A DNA stretch of 64,000 bases from the human T2T-CHM13v2.0 reference genome, Homo sapiens (GCF_009914755.1 NC_060946.1), one strand, 5' to 3'. Positions 1 through 15,000 are shown, numbered from the stretch's first letter. Notes: generated by a model not told the origin, from the letters alone. Program-made: numbers and translations.

Positions 1-3000
1 GAATGGAATGAAGTGGATTGGGATGAAATGGAATTGAATGGAATGAAGACGAGTGGAGTCTAGTGGAGAGGAATGGAATGGAGTGGAGTGGAGTGAAGTG
101 GAGTGGAAGGGAGTGGGATGGAACAGAATGGAGTTTAGTGGAATGGAATGGATTGCAGTTCAGTGGAATAGAATGGAATGCAGTGGAGTGGAGTGGAGTC
201 GAATGGAATGGAATGGAGTGGCATGGAGTGGAATAGAGTAAAGTGGAGTCCAGTGGAATTGAATGAGTGGAGTGAAGTGGAATAAAATGAAATGGAGTGT
301 GATGGATTGGAATGGAATGAAATTGAATGGAGTAGATTTTATTGGAGTAGAGTGGAGTGGAATGGAATGGAATTGAATGGAGTGGAGTGGAGTGACGTGG
401 AATTGAGTTTAGTGGAGTAGAATGGAGTGGAGCGTGGTGGTGTGGAGTTGAGTGGAGTGAAGAGGAATGGAGTGGTATGTATTGTGTTGGAATAGAATTG
501 AATGGAGTGGAACGGAATGGAATGAAGTAGAATGGAAATGAATGGAAATGAAAGTAAGGGAATGGAATGGAATGGAATGGAGTGGATTGGAATGGTGTGG
601 AATGGATTGGAATGGAGTGGAGATGAATGGAGTGGAGTTTAGTGGATTGGAGTGGAAATGAATGGAGTGGAGTGGAGTGAAATTGATTGGACTGGAGTGT
701 AATAGAGTGGAATGAAGTGGAGTGGAATGGAATGGAGTGGAGTGGAATGCAATGAGTTGGGTGGAGCCAAATGAAATGTTGTCGAGTTGTTTGGAATGGA
801 ATGGATTGGAGTTGAATGGATTGGAATGCAATGGTGTTCAGTAGAATGGAATGGAAAGTAATGTAATGGATTGGAATGGAATGGAGTGGAGTGGAGTGGA
901 ATGGAGTGGAGTGGAATGGAATGGAGTGGTATGGAATGTAATGGAGTGGAATGGAGTGGAATGGAACGGAGTTGAGTAGAATGCAGTGGAATTGAACGTA
1001 GTTGATTGGACTGAAATGGCGTGGAAAGGAATGGAGTGGAATGGAGTCATATCTAGTGGAGTGCAACGTAAAGTAGTGGAGTGGAGAGGAGTGGAGTGAT
1101 GTGGAATGGAATTTAATGGAGAAGACTGAAATGGAATGGGGTGGACAGGATTGGCGTGGAATTGTGTGGACAGGAGTGGAGTGGAATTGAATGGACTGCA
1201 GTGGAATGGCGTAAAGAAGAATGGGGTGGAGAGAAATGGAATGGAGTGGAATATAATGGAGTGGAATGAAAAGGAGTGGAGTGGAGTGGAATGGAATGGA
1301 ATGGAGTGGTGTTGAGTGGTTTGGAGCAGATATGAATTCAGTAGTGTGGAATAGAATGGAGTAGAGAGCAGTGGAGAGGAATGGAATGGTTTGGAGTTGA
1401 ATGGAATGCAGTAGAATTGGGAGAAGTGGAATGGAATGGAGTGGAGAGGAATGTGAGGGAAAGGAGTGGAATGGAATGGAGTGGAGAGAAGTGGATTGGT
1501 GAGTGTTGGAATGTGTAGGAGTGGAGTGGAATGGAATGGAAAGGAGTGGTGTGGTGTGGAATGGACTGGAGTGGAAAGGAAAGGACTGGAGTGGATTGGA
1601 ATGGAATGGAGTGGAATGGAATGGAATGGAATGGAGTGGAATGGAATGGGGTGGAATGGAAAGGAGTGGAATGTAATGGAGAGGGTTGGAGTAGAATGGA
1701 ATGGAGTGGAGTGGAATGGAATTGAAAGGAATGGAATGGAGTGGAGTAGAGTGGATTCGAAGGTAATGGAGTGGAGTAGAGTGGAGTGAAGTGCAGGGGC
1801 GTGGAGCGGAATGGAATGGAAATGATTGGAGTGGAGAGGTGTGGAATGGAATTGAGTTGAGCAAAGTTGAATGCAGTGGAGTGAAGTGGAGTGGAGTGCA
1901 GTGGAGTAAATTGGAATGGAATGGAGTTAAGTGAAGTGGAATAAAATAGAAAGGAGTTGAATGGTTTAGAATGGAACGGAGTAGAATGGAGTGAAGTTTC
2001 GAGGAATGGAGTGGAGTGGAGTGGAAGGGAATGGAGTGGAATGGAGTGGAGTGGAGTGGAGTGGAAAGGAGTGGTTCAGATTGTGGTGGAATGGAAGGGA
2101 ATGTACTGGAATTGTGTGGAATGAAATGGAAAGGAATGGAATGGAATGGAATGGAAGGGAAAGTCATGGAATGGAATGAAACGGAATGGAATGGAGAGGA
2201 ATAGAATGTAGGAGAATGGAGTGGAGTGGAGTGGAATGGAATGGAATGGAGTGCAATAGATTGGAATGGAATCGAATGTAGTAGGGTGGAATGGAGTGGA
2301 ATGGAATGGAATGCAATGGAATGGAATGGAATGGAATAGAACAGATGTAATGGAATGGAACGGAATGGTGGGGAGAAGAATGGAATGTAAAGGGTTGGAA
2401 AGGATACGAAACGAGTGGATTGGACTGCAATGGAATGGAATGTAGTTGAGTGGAATATAATGGAATAGAATAGAATGGAATGGAATGGAATGGAATATAG
2501 TGGAGTGGAATGTAATGGATTGTAGTGGAATGGCAGGTAGTGGAGTGGAATAGAATGGAGTGGATAGGAGTGGAGTGGAATGGAAAGGAATGCTGTGGAG
2601 GGCAGTGGCTTGGAGTGGGGAGGAATGAAATGAAATGGAAAGGAATGGAAAGGAATGGAGTAGAATAGAATGGAGAGGAATTCAATGGAGTGCAATGGAA
2701 TGGGGTGTAATCGAGTGGAAAGGAATTGTGTGGAGTGGGATGGAATTGAACGGAAAGGAATGGGAAAGAATGGAATGGGGTGGAATGGAGTGGAATGAAA
2801 TAGGATGGAGAGGAGTGGAGTGCAATGGAATGGAGAGGAATGGATTGGAATGGAATGGAATGCAGTTGAGTGGAATGGAATGGAGTGGATTGGAATGGAA
2901 TGGAATGGAAAGGAATGGAGTGGAATGGAATGGAATGGAGTGGAGTGGAATGGAATGGAATGGAGTGGAGTGGAATGGAATGGAATGGAGTGGAATGGAA

Positions 3001-6000
3001 TGGAGTGGAATGTAATTGAATGGAGTGAAGTGGAATGGAATAGAGCAGAGTGGAATGGACTGGAGTGGAATTGAATGGAGTGGAATGGAGTGGTTTGGAG
3101 TGGAATGCCATGGAATAGAGTGCAGTGGAATGGAGTGGAAAGGAGTGGAGTGGAGTGCAATGTGATGGAATGGAATGGAAAGGAATGGAATGGAATGGAA
3201 TGGACTGGAATGGAATGGAATGGAATGGAGTTAAATAGAATGGAGTGAAATGGAATTGATTTTAATAGAATGGAAAGGAGTGGAGTGGAAGGGAATGGAG
3301 TGGACTGGATTGGGATTAAATAGACATGAATGGAATAAAGAGGAGTGGAGAGTAGTGGAGAGGAATGGAATGGAGTGGAGTGGAGTGGAGTTAAGTTGAG
3401 TGGAGTGGTATGGAATAGAATGGAGTTCAGTGGAGTGGAGTGGAATGGAATGCAGTGGCGTAGAGTGGAATGGAGTGAAGTAAAGTGGAGTCGAGTGGAG
3501 TCGAGTGGAATTGAATGGAGTGGAGTGAAGTGGAATAAAATGAAATGGAGTGTAATTTAGTGGAATGGAATGGAATTGAATGGAGTGGAGTTTATAGCAG
3601 TGTAGTGGAGTAGAGTGGAGTGGAATGGAATGGAATTGAATGGAGTAGAGGGGAGTAGCGTGGAGTTGAGGTTAGTGCCATGGAATGGAGTGGAGTGTGG
3701 CGGCGTGGAGTTGAGTGTAGTGGAGAGGAATGGAGTGGAATGCATTGTGTTGGAATGGAATTGAATGGAGTGGAATGGAGTGGAATGGAATGGAATGGAG
3801 TAGAATGGAAAGGAATGGAAGTGGAAAGTAACGGAATGGAATGGAATGGAGTGGATTGGAATGGACTGCATTGGAGTGGAAGGGAGAGGAGAGGAATGGA
3901 CTGAAGTTTAGTGGACTAGAATGGAAAGGAGTGGAGTGGAGTGGAATGGATTGGACTGCAGTGTAATGGAGTGGAATGGAGTGGAGTGGAATGTAATGGA
4001 GTGGAGTGGAATGGAAGGAGTTGGGTGGAGTCAAATGTAATGTTGTGGAGTTGTTTGGAATGGAACGGATTGGAGTGGAATGGATTGGAATGGAACGGTG
4101 TATAGTAGAATGGAATGGAATGGAATGGATTGGAATGAAATGCAATGGAGTGGAGTGGAATGGAGTGGAGTGGAATGGAATGGAGTTGTATGGAATGGAA
4201 TGGAGTGGAATGGAGTGGAATAGAACAGAGTTGAGTAGAATAAAGTGGAATTGAACGTACTTGATTGGACTGAAAAGGAGTGGAATGGAATGGAGTGGAA
4301 TGGAGTGGAATGGAGAGGAGTGCCACGGAAAGTAGTGGAGGGGAGTGGAGTGGAGTGATGAGAATGGAATTTAATGGAGAAGCCAGAAATAGAATGGACT
4401 GGACAGGAGTGGAGTGGAATTGAATGGACTGCAGTGCAATGCAGTAAAAAGAATGGGTTGGAGATGAATGGAAAGGAGTGGAGTATAATGGTGTGGAATG
4501 GAATGGTGTGGAGTGGAATGGAGTTGAGTGGAATGGAATGGAATGGAATGATGTGGAGTGGTTTGGAGTGGATTTGAATGTAGTAGTGTGGAATAGATTG
4601 GAGTGGAGAGCAGTGGAGTGGAATGGAATGGATTGGAGTGGAATGGAATGCAGTAGATTTGGGAGAAGTGGAATGGAATGGAGTGGAGAGGTATGGGACG
4701 GAATGGAGTGGAATGGAATGGAGTGGATAGGAGTGGATTGGAGAGTGTTGGAATGGGTAGGAGTGGAGTGGAATGGAATGGACAGGAGTGGTGTGGAGTG
4801 GAATGGAAGGGAGTGGAAAGGAAAGGAGTGGAATTGAGTGGAGTGGAACGGATAGGAGTGGGATAGAGTGGAGTGGAATGGAGTGGAGTGGAGTGGAATT
4901 TAGTTGTGTGGAGTGGAGTGGAGAGCAATGGAGTGGAATGCAATGGAGTGCAATGGAGGGGAGTGGAGTGGAGTGGAATGGAGTGGAATAGAGTGGAATG
5001 GACTGGAATAGAATTTAATGGAATGGAATGGAGTCGAGCAGAGTGGAGTGGAGTGGAGTGGAATAGAGTGGAGTGGAGTGGAGTGGAATGGAATGGAATT
5101 GAATGGAATGGAATGGAATGGAATTAAAAAGAATGGAGTGGAATGGAATGGATTAGAATGGAATGGAGTGTAGTGGAACTGAATGGAATGGAATGGAGTG
5201 AAGTGGAATGGAATAGAAAGGAATGGAACGGAGTGGAATGGAATGCAATGGAAAGGAATGGAATGGAAAGGAATGGAATGGAGTGGAGTGGAGTGGACAG
5301 GAATGGAATGCAGTGGAGCGGAGAGGAGTGGAATGGAATAGAATGGAGTGGAATGGAGTGGAGTGTAGTGGAATGGAATGGAGTGGAGTGTAATGGAGTG
5401 GAATGGAATGGAGTGGAATGCAGTGGAGTCAAGTTAAGTGTACTGGAATGGAATGGAATGGAGCAAAGTGTAGTGGGGTGGAGTGGAGTGGAATGGAATA
5501 GAATGGAATGGAATGGAAGGAATGTAATGTAATGGAATGGAGTGGAGTGGAATGGAGTGGAGTGGAATGGAATGGAATGGAATGGACTGGAATGGAATGG
5601 AATAAAAAGTATTGGAGTGGAATGTAATGGAAGGGAATGGAATGTAATCGAGGAGAGTGGAATGGAATTGAATAGATTCGAATTTAATCGAATGGAGTAG
5701 AGAAGAGGGTAGTGGAGTGGAATGGCATGGAATGGAATTTAATGGAATGGAATGGAGTGGAGTGGAGTGGATTAGAGTGGAATGGAATTGAGTGGAACGG
5801 TATGGATTGGAATGGAATGGAGTGGAGTGGAGTGGAATGGGGTGGGATGTAATGGAGTGGAGTGGAGTAGAGAAGAGTGGAGTGGAGAAGATTGTCATGG
5901 AATGGAAAAGAATGGAATGGAGTTAAATGGAATGGGGTGGAATGGAATGGAATGGAATGGAATGGGATGTAGTGGAGTGGAATGGAATGGAATGGAATGG

Positions 6001-9000
6001 AATGGAAGGAATAGAGTTGAGTGGAGTTGAATGGAATGGAGTGGAGAGGATTGAAGCGGAGTGGTGTGGAATGGAGTAGAGTGGAGTGGAATGGAGTGGA
6101 GTGGAACGGAAAGGAGTGGAGTGGAGCGGAATTGTGTGAAGTGAAGTGGAAGGGAGTGGAGTTTAGTGAGGTGGAGTCGAGTGGAAGAGAATGGAAGGAA
6201 AGGAATGGAATGGAATGGAGTTACATGAAATGGAGTGGAATAGAATGGAGTGGAATGGAACGGACTGCAGTGGCATGGAATGGAATGGAGTGGAGTTTAA
6301 TGGAATGAAATGGAATGGAATGGAACGGGGTGGAGTGGAGCCGAGTGGAAAGGAATGGAGTGGAGTCCTGTGGAGTGGAGTTGAGTGGAGTGGATTGGAG
6401 TGGAATTGAATGGAATGGAGTGGAGCGCAGTGGAGTGGAGTGTAATGGAATTGAGTGGAGTGGAGTGGAATGCAGTGAAGTCAAGAGGAATGGAATGGAG
6501 AAGAGTGAAGAGAAATAAAATGGAATGGAATGGGATGGCGTTGATTAGAATGGAGTGGAATGGACTGGAGTGGAATGGAGTGTAGTGGAGTGGATTGGAA
6601 TGGAATGGAATGGAGTGGAGTAGAGTGTAGTGGAATGAGGTCGAATGGAATAGAGTGGAAAGTGTGGAGTGGAATGGAAAGGAATGTAATGGAGTTGAGT
6701 GGAATAAAGTGGAATATTGTTGAGTGGAATAGAGTGGAAGGGAATGGAATTGAGGGGAATGAAGTGAAAAGGAGGGGAATTTTACGGAATGGAATAGAAT
6801 GGAATGGACTGAAATGGAGTGGAGTGGGTTGGAGTGGTGTTGAAAGGAATGGAATGGAATGGTATGGAAAGAAATGGAATGGAATGAAATGAAATGAAAT
6901 GGACTGGAATGGAGGGGAGTCGAATGGAGTGGAATGGAATGGATTAGAGTGAAATGGAGTGTAGTGGAATGGAATGGAATGGAGTGGAGTGAAGTGGAAT
7001 GGAATGGAGTGGAGTGAAGTGGAATGGAATAGAATGAAATGGAATGGAGTGGAAAGGAATGGAATGGAATGGAATGGAATGGAAAGGAATGGAATGGAAT
7101 GGAATGGAACGGAGTGGAGTGGAGTGGAGAGGAGTGGAATGGAGCAGAGAGGAGTGGAGTGGAGTGGAATGGAGTGTAGTGTAATGGAGTGGAATGGAGA
7201 GGAGTGGTGTGGAATGGAATGCAGTGGAGTGGAATGGAGTGTAGTGTAATGGAGTGGAATGGAGAGGAGTGGTGTGGAATGGAATGCAGTGGAGTGGAAT
7301 GGAACGGAGTGGAATGCAGTGGAGTCGAGTTAAGTGTAATGGAACGGAATGGAATGTAGTGAAGTGGAGTGGAGTGGAAGGGATTGGAATGGAATGGAAT
7401 AGTAGGCAATGGAATGGATGGAAATGAATGGAATGGAGTGGAGTGGAGAGGAATGGAGTGGAGTGGAAAGGAATGGAATGAAATAAAAAGAAATAGAGGG
7501 GAATGGAGTTGAATGCATTGGAAGGGAATGGAATGTAATGGAGTGGAGTGTAATGGTATCGAAAGGATTGTAATTTAATGGAATGGGATGGAGAAGAGTG
7601 GAGTGGAGTGGAATGGCATGGAATGGAACGGAATGGAATGGAATTTAATGGAATGGAATGGAGTGGAGAGGAGTGGAGTGGAATGGAGTAGAGAGGAGTG
7701 GAGTGGAAAGAAGTAGAGTGGAATGGAATGGAATTTAATGGAGTGGAGTGGAATGGAATGGAATGGAATGGAATGGAATGGAATGGAATGGAATGGTGTG
7801 GAGTGAAGTGGAATGGAATGGGATGGAAAGTAGTGGAGTGGACTAGAGAAGAGTGGAGTGGAGAGGAAAGGCATGGAATGGAATGGGATGCAATGGAGTT
7901 AAATGGAATGGAGCGAAATGTTACGCAGTGGAATGGAGTGTACTGGAATGATACGGAATGGAGTGGAATGGAATGGAATGGAGAAAATGGAATGGAGTTG
8001 AGTGAAGTTGAATTGAATCAGTGAAGTGGAGTGGACTGGAGGGAAGAAGAGTGGTGTGGAATGGAGTGGATTGGAGACGAGTGGAATGGAATGGAGTGGA
8101 GTGGAGTGGAATTCAGTGGAGTTAAGTGGAGTGGATTGGAGTTTAGTGAGGTGGAGTCGAGTGGAACAGAATGGAATGGAAAGGAATGTAATAGAATGGA
8201 ATTGAGAGGAATGGAATAGAATGGAATGGAGTTAAATGCAATGGAGTGGAATGGAATGGAATGGAGTGCAGTGGCATGGAATGAAATGGAGTGGAGTGGA
8301 ATAGAATGAAATGGAAGGGAATGGAATGGGGTGGAGTGGAGTCGAGCAGAATGGAATGGACTGGACTCTTGTGGAGTTGAGTGAAGTGGAGTGGAGTGGA
8401 ATGGAATGGAATGCAGTGGAGTGCAGTGGAGTGGAATGGAATGGAGTGGAGTGGAGTGGAATGGAGTACAGTGGAGAGGAATGGAATGGAGTGTGGTGAA
8501 GTGAATTAAAATGGACTGGAGTGGAATGGAGTTTATTTGAATGGAGTGGAATGGACTGGAGTGGAATGGAGTGAAGTGGAGTGGATTGGAATTGAATGGA
8601 ATGGAGTGGAGTAGAGTGGAGTGGAATGAGGTCGAATGGAATAGAGTGGAAAGTGTGGAGTCGAATGCAATGTAATGTAATGGAGATAAGTGGAATAAAG
8701 TGGAATATTGTGGAGTGGAATGGAGTGGAATGGAATGGAATTGAGTGGAATGAAGTGAAAAGGAGTGGAAATTAATGGAATGGAATAGAATGGAATGTAG
8801 TGGTGTGGAGTGGAATGGAGTCGATTGGAGTGGTGTTGAAAAGAATGGAATGGAATGGAATGGAATGGAATGGAATGGAATGGAAAGAAATGGAATGGAA
8901 TGGAATGGAATAGAATGGAATGGAAAGAAATGGAACGGAATGGAATGAAATGAAATGAACAGGAATGGAGGGGAGTCGAATGGAGTGGAATGGAATGGAG

Positions 9001-12000
9001 TAGAATGGAATGGAGTAGGATGGAATGGAGTATAGTGGAATGGAATGGAATGGAGGCGAGTGACATGGAATGGAATAGAATGGAATGGAATGGAGTGGAA
9101 AGGAATGGAATGGAAAGGAATGGAATGGAATGGAGTGGAAAGGAATGGAATGGAATGGAGTGGAGAGGAATGGAATGGAGCGGAGTGAAGCTGAGTGGAG
9201 TGGAATGGAGAGGAGCGGAATGGAGTGGAATGGAGTGGAGTGGAGTGGAATGGAATGGAGTGAAGTTGAATGGACTGGAAGGGAATAGAGTAGAATGCAG
9301 TGGAGTTGAGGTAAGGGTAATGGAATGGAATGGAACGGAATGGAATGGAATGAAGTGGAGTGGAGTGGAGTGGATTCAAATGGAATGGAATGGAATGGAG
9401 TGGAGTGGAAGGAATGGATTGGAATGGAATGGAATGGAGTGGAGTGGAATTGAATGGAGTGGAGTGGAATGGAATGGAATGGAATGGAGTGGAATGGAAT
9501 AGAATAAAAAGAAATGGAGGGGAATGGAGTGGAATGTAATGGAAGGGAATGGAATGTAAAGGAGTGGAGTGGAACGGAATCGAATGGATTGGAATGTAAT
9601 GGAATGGAGTGGAGAAGAGTGGAGTGGAGTGGAATGGCATGGAATGGAATGGAATGGAATGGAATTGAGTGGAAAGGAGTGGAGTGGAATGTAGTACAGT
9701 GGAATGGAATGGAATTGAGAGGAATGGTATGGTATGGAATGGAATGGAATGGAATGGAGTGGAGTAGAGTGGAGTGGAATAGGATGGGATGGAATTTAGT
9801 GGAGTTGAGTGCAGAAGAGTGGAGTGGAGTGGAATGGCATGGAATGTAATGGAATGGAATGAAGTTAAATGGAATGGAGTGGAATGGTATGCATTGGAAT
9901 GGAATGGAGTGGACTGGAATGGAATGGAATGTAGTGGAGTGGAATGGAATGAATATAATGGAATGGAGTTGAGTGGAGTTGAACGGAATGGAGTGGAGTG
10001 GAGTGCAACGGAGTGGTGTGGAATGGAGTGGAGTGGAGAGAAGTGGAATGGAATGCAGTGGAGTGGAATGGAATGTAGTGGAGTGGAGTGGAATTGAGTG
10101 GAGTGAAGTAGAGTGGAGTTTACTTAGGTGGGGTCAAGTGGAACAGAATGGAATGGAAAGGAAGGGAATGGAATGGAATGGAATAGAATGGAATGGAATG
10201 GAGTTAAATGAAATGGAGTGGAATGGAATGGTGTGGAACGGAATGGAGTGCAGTGGCATGGAATGGAATGGAGTGGAGTGGAATGGAATGAAAGCGGATG
10301 GAATGGAATGGGGTGGATTGGAGTTGAGAGGAATGGAATGGAGTGAAGTCTTGTGGAGTTGAGTGAAGCAGAGTGGAATGGAGTGGAAAGGAATGGAATG
10401 AAGTGGAGCAGAGAGGAGTGGAATGGAATGGAATGGAGTGGAGTGGAGTGAAATGGAGTGGAGTAGAGAGGAATGGAAAGGAGTGGAGTGAAGTGGAATG
10501 ACAGGGAAAGGAGTGGAATGGAGTGCATTGGAATGGAGTTCAATGGACTGGAGTGGAATGGAGTGAAATGGAGAGGATTGGTATGGAATGGAATGGAGTG
10601 GAGTGGAATGGAATGGAATGTAGTGGAGTGGACTGGAATGAAATGGAATGGAATGGAATGGAGTGGAGTGGAGTAGACTGGAGTGGAATGGAATGGAGTG
10701 GAGCAGAGTGGAGTGAAGTGGAGTTGGGGTAGTGGGATGGAATGGAATGGAGTTTAGTGGAGTGGAGAAGAATGGAATGGAGTGGACTGGAGTGGAATGG
10801 TGTGGATTGAAGTGGAGTGGATTCGAATGGAATCGAGTGGAATGGAATGGAGTGGAGTGGAGTGGAATAAAATGGAATGGAGTGGAATGGAGTGGAATGG
10901 AGTGGAATGGAATGGAATGGAGAGGAGTTTAGAGCAATGGAGGGGAGTGGAGTGGAATCGAATTGAATGGAGTGGAGGGGAGTGGCGTGGAGTTGAGTTT
11001 AGTGTAGCGGAATGGAGTGGAGTTGGGTAGCGTGGAGTTGAGGGGAGTGGAATGGAATGGAATGGAGTGTAACGGAATGGAGTGGAATGGAGTGGATTGG
11101 AATGGAATTGAATGGAATGGAATGGAGTGTAGTGGATTAGAGTGGAGTTGAATGAGATGGGATGGAATGGAGTGAAATTGAGTGGATAAAATTGGGGTGG
11201 AGTGGAATGGCATGGAATGGAATGGAATGGAAAGGAATGGAGTTAAATGGAATGGAGTGGAATGGAATGGAGTGTAGTGGAATGGAACGGAATGGAGTCG
11301 AGTGGAACGGAATGGAATGGAATGGAGTGGAGTGCAGTTGAATGGATTGGACTAGAGTGGAGTGTAGTGAAGCGGAGTGGTGTGGAATGTAGAGAAGTGG
11401 AATGGAGTGAAGATGAATGGAATGGAGTGGAGTGGAAAGGAATGGAGTGGAGTGGAGTGGAATTGAATGGAGTGAAGAGGAGTGGACTGGAGTTTAGTGA
11501 CTTGGAGTCGTGTGGAAATGAATGGAATGGAAAGAAATAGAATGGAGTAGAATGGAGTGGAATGGAATGGAACGGAGTGAAGTGGAATGGAGTTGACTGG
11601 AATACACAGGAACGGAATGCAGTGCTGTGGCATGGAATGGAATGTACTTCATTGGAAAGGAATGAAAGCGGATGGAATGGAACGGAGTGGAGTGGAGTCG
11701 AGTGGATTGGAATGGAGTGGAGTCTTATGGAGTTGAGTGAAGTGGAGTGGAATGGAGAAGAAAGGAATGGAATGGAGTGGAAAGGAATGGAATGGAGTGC
11801 GGCAGAAGGAGTGAAGTGGAACGGAATGGAGTGGAGTGGAGTGAAATGGATTGGAGCCGAAAAGAATGGAATGGAGTGGAGTGAAGTGGATTTAAATGGA
11901 AAGGAGTGGAATGGAGTGGATTGGAATGGAGTGGAATGGACCGGAGTGGAATGGAGTGAAGTGGAGAGGATTGGAATGGAATGGAATGGAATGGAGTGGA

Positions 12001-15000
12001 GTGGAGTCGAGTGGAATGGAATGGAATCGAATGGAGTGGAGTGGAGTGGACTAGAGTGGAATGGAATGGAGTTGAGTTAAGTGGAGTGGAGGATATTGGG
12101 ATGGAATGGAATAGAGTTTAGTGGAGTGGAGAAGAATGGAATGGAGTGGACTGGAGTGGAATGGAGTGAAGTGGAGTGGAGTGGAGTGGAATTGAATGGG
12201 ATGGAAAGGAGTGGAGTGAATTGGAATAAAATGGAATGGAGTGGAATGGAATGGAACGGAGAGTTTAGAGCAGTGGAGTGGAGTGGAGTGGAGTGGAATG
12301 GAATGGAATTGAATCGAGTGGAGGGGAGTGCCGTGGAGTTGAGATTAGTGTAGTGGAATGGGGTGGAGTGGGGTAGGGGGGAGTTGAGGGGAGTGGATTG
12401 GAATGGAATGGAGTGTAACGGAATGGAGTGGAATGGAATGGAAAGGAATGGAATGGAATGGAATGGAATGGAGTGGAAGGGAATGGAGTTTAGTGGATTG
12501 GAAAGGAATTGAGAGGAATGGTGTGGAATGGAATGGAATGGAGGGGAGTGGAATGGAATTTAGTGGAATGGTATCGAATCGAACTGAATGGAGTGGATTG
12601 GAGTGGCGTGGAATGGAGTGGAATGGGATGCAATTGAATGGAGTGGAGTGGAGAATATTTGAGTGGAGTGGAATGGCATGGAATGGAATGGAATGGAATG
12701 AAAAGGAATGGAGTTAAATGGAATGGAGTGGAATGGAATGGAGTGGAATGGAACGGGGTGGGGTGGAATGGAAAGGAATGGAGTGGAGTGGAATGGAAGT
12801 GAATGGAATGGAGTGGAGTCGAGTTGAATGGATTGGAGAGGAGTGGAGGGGAGTGCAGTGAAGCAGAGTTGTGTTGAATGGAGAGCAGTGGAGTGTAGTG
12901 GAGTGGAATGGAATGGAGTAGAGTGGAAAAGAATGGAGTGGAGTGGAGTGGAATTGAGTGGAATGAAGGGGAGTGGACTGGAGATTAGTGACATGGAGTC
13001 GCGTGGAATAGAATGGAAAGGAATGGAATGGAATGGAGTAGAATGCAGTGGAGTGGAATGGAATGGAGTTAAATGGAATAGAGTTGAGTGGAATGGAATG
13101 GAGTGAGGTGGCATGGAATGGAATGGAGTGGAATGGAATGGAATGATATCAGAGGTAATGGAATGCGGTGGAGTGGAGCCGAGTGTAATTGAATTGAGGG
13201 GAGTCTTGTGGAGTGGAGTGAAGTGGAGGGGAATGAAGTGGAAAGGAATGGAATGGAGTGGAGTGGAGTGGAATGGAAAGGAGTGGAGTGGAGTGAAATA
13301 GAGTGGAGTCGAGAGGAATGGAAAGGAATGGAGTGAAGTGGAACGAAATGGATTGGAGTGGTATGGAGTGGATTGGAAGGTAATGGAATGGACTGGAGTG
13401 GAATGGAGTGAAGTGGAGAGGATGGGAATAGAATGGAATGGAGTGGAGTGGAGTGGAATTGAATGGGGTGGAATGACATAGTGCGGAAAGAGTGGAGGGG
13501 AATTTAAAGGAAAGTAACGGAGTTGAGTGGAAGAAAGTGGAATACTGTGTAGTGTAATGGAGTGGAATGGAGTGGAATGGAATGTAAATGAGTGGAATGT
13601 AGTGAAAAGGAGTGGAATTTAATGGAATGGAATAGAATGGAAATTATTGGTGAGGAGCAGACAGGAGTGGATTAGAGTGGTGTGGAAAGGAATGGAATGA
13701 AATGGAATGGAATGGAATGGAATGGAATGGAATGAAATATAATGGAATGGAATGGAATGGAATGAAATGGAATGGAATGGAATGGTTTGGAGTGGAATGA
13801 AGTGGAATGGAATGGAGTGGAGTGGAAGGGAATGGAATGCAGTGGTGTAGAAAGGAATTGAATGGAATGGAAAGCAATGGAATGGATTAGATTAGAGTGG
13901 AATGGAAGTGAAAGGAGTTAAGTGGAATGGAATGGAGTGGAATTTGGAGGAGTGGAGTGGAGTCGACTGGAGTGGAGTGGATTTGAGTGGAGTGGAATGG
14001 AGTCGAATGGATTGGAATGGAATGGAATAGAGTTGAGTGGATTGCAATGGAGTGGAGTGGAATGGAGTGCAGTGGAGAGGAATGGAATGGACAGGATTGG
14101 GGAAGAGTGGAATGGAATGGAATGTGGTGGAGTGAAATGGCGTGAAATGGAATTGAGTGGAGTGGAGTGGAATGGGGTGGAATGGAATGGAGTGGAATGG
14201 AGGGAAGTCGAGTGGAGTGCATTGGAATGGAATGGAATGGAGTGGAGAGAAGTGGAATTGAGTGGAGTGGAACGGAATGTAATGGAATGTAATGGAATAG
14301 AATGCAATGGAATGGAATGCAATGGAATGGGATGGGATGGAATGGACTGGAGTGGAGTGGAATGCAATGGAATGGAATGGAGTGGAGTGGAATGGAGTGT
14401 AACGGAGTGGAATGGAATTCAGTGGAACGGTATGGAATGGAACGAAGTGGAGTGGAATTGAATGGAACGGGATGGAATGGATTGGAATGTAGTGGATTCG
14501 AGTGGAATGGAATGGAATGTAGTGGAGTGGAATGGAATGGAATAGAATGGAATTGAATGGAATGGAATGGAATAGATTGGAATGGAATGGAATGGAATGG
14601 AATGGAATACAATGTAGTGGAGTGGAATGTAATGGAGTGGAGTGGAATGGAATGTAGTGGAGTGGAATAGAATGGAGCAGAGAGGAGTGCAGTAGAGTGG
14701 AATGGAATGGAATGGAATGGAATGGAATGGAATGGAATAATGTGGAGTGCACTGACATGGAGTGGAGTGGATTTGAATGGAAAGAAATGGAATGGAATGG
14801 AATGGAATGGAATGGAATGGAATGGAATGGAGTAGAAGAGAATGGAAAGGAATTCAACGGAGTGCAATGGAATGGGTTGGAATGGAGTGGAATGGAATGG
14901 TGTGGACTGGAATGGAATTGAATGGAATGAAAGGGAAAGGAGAGGAATGGAGTGGTTTAGAGTGGAATGGAATGGAGTGGAATGAAATTGAATGGAAAAG

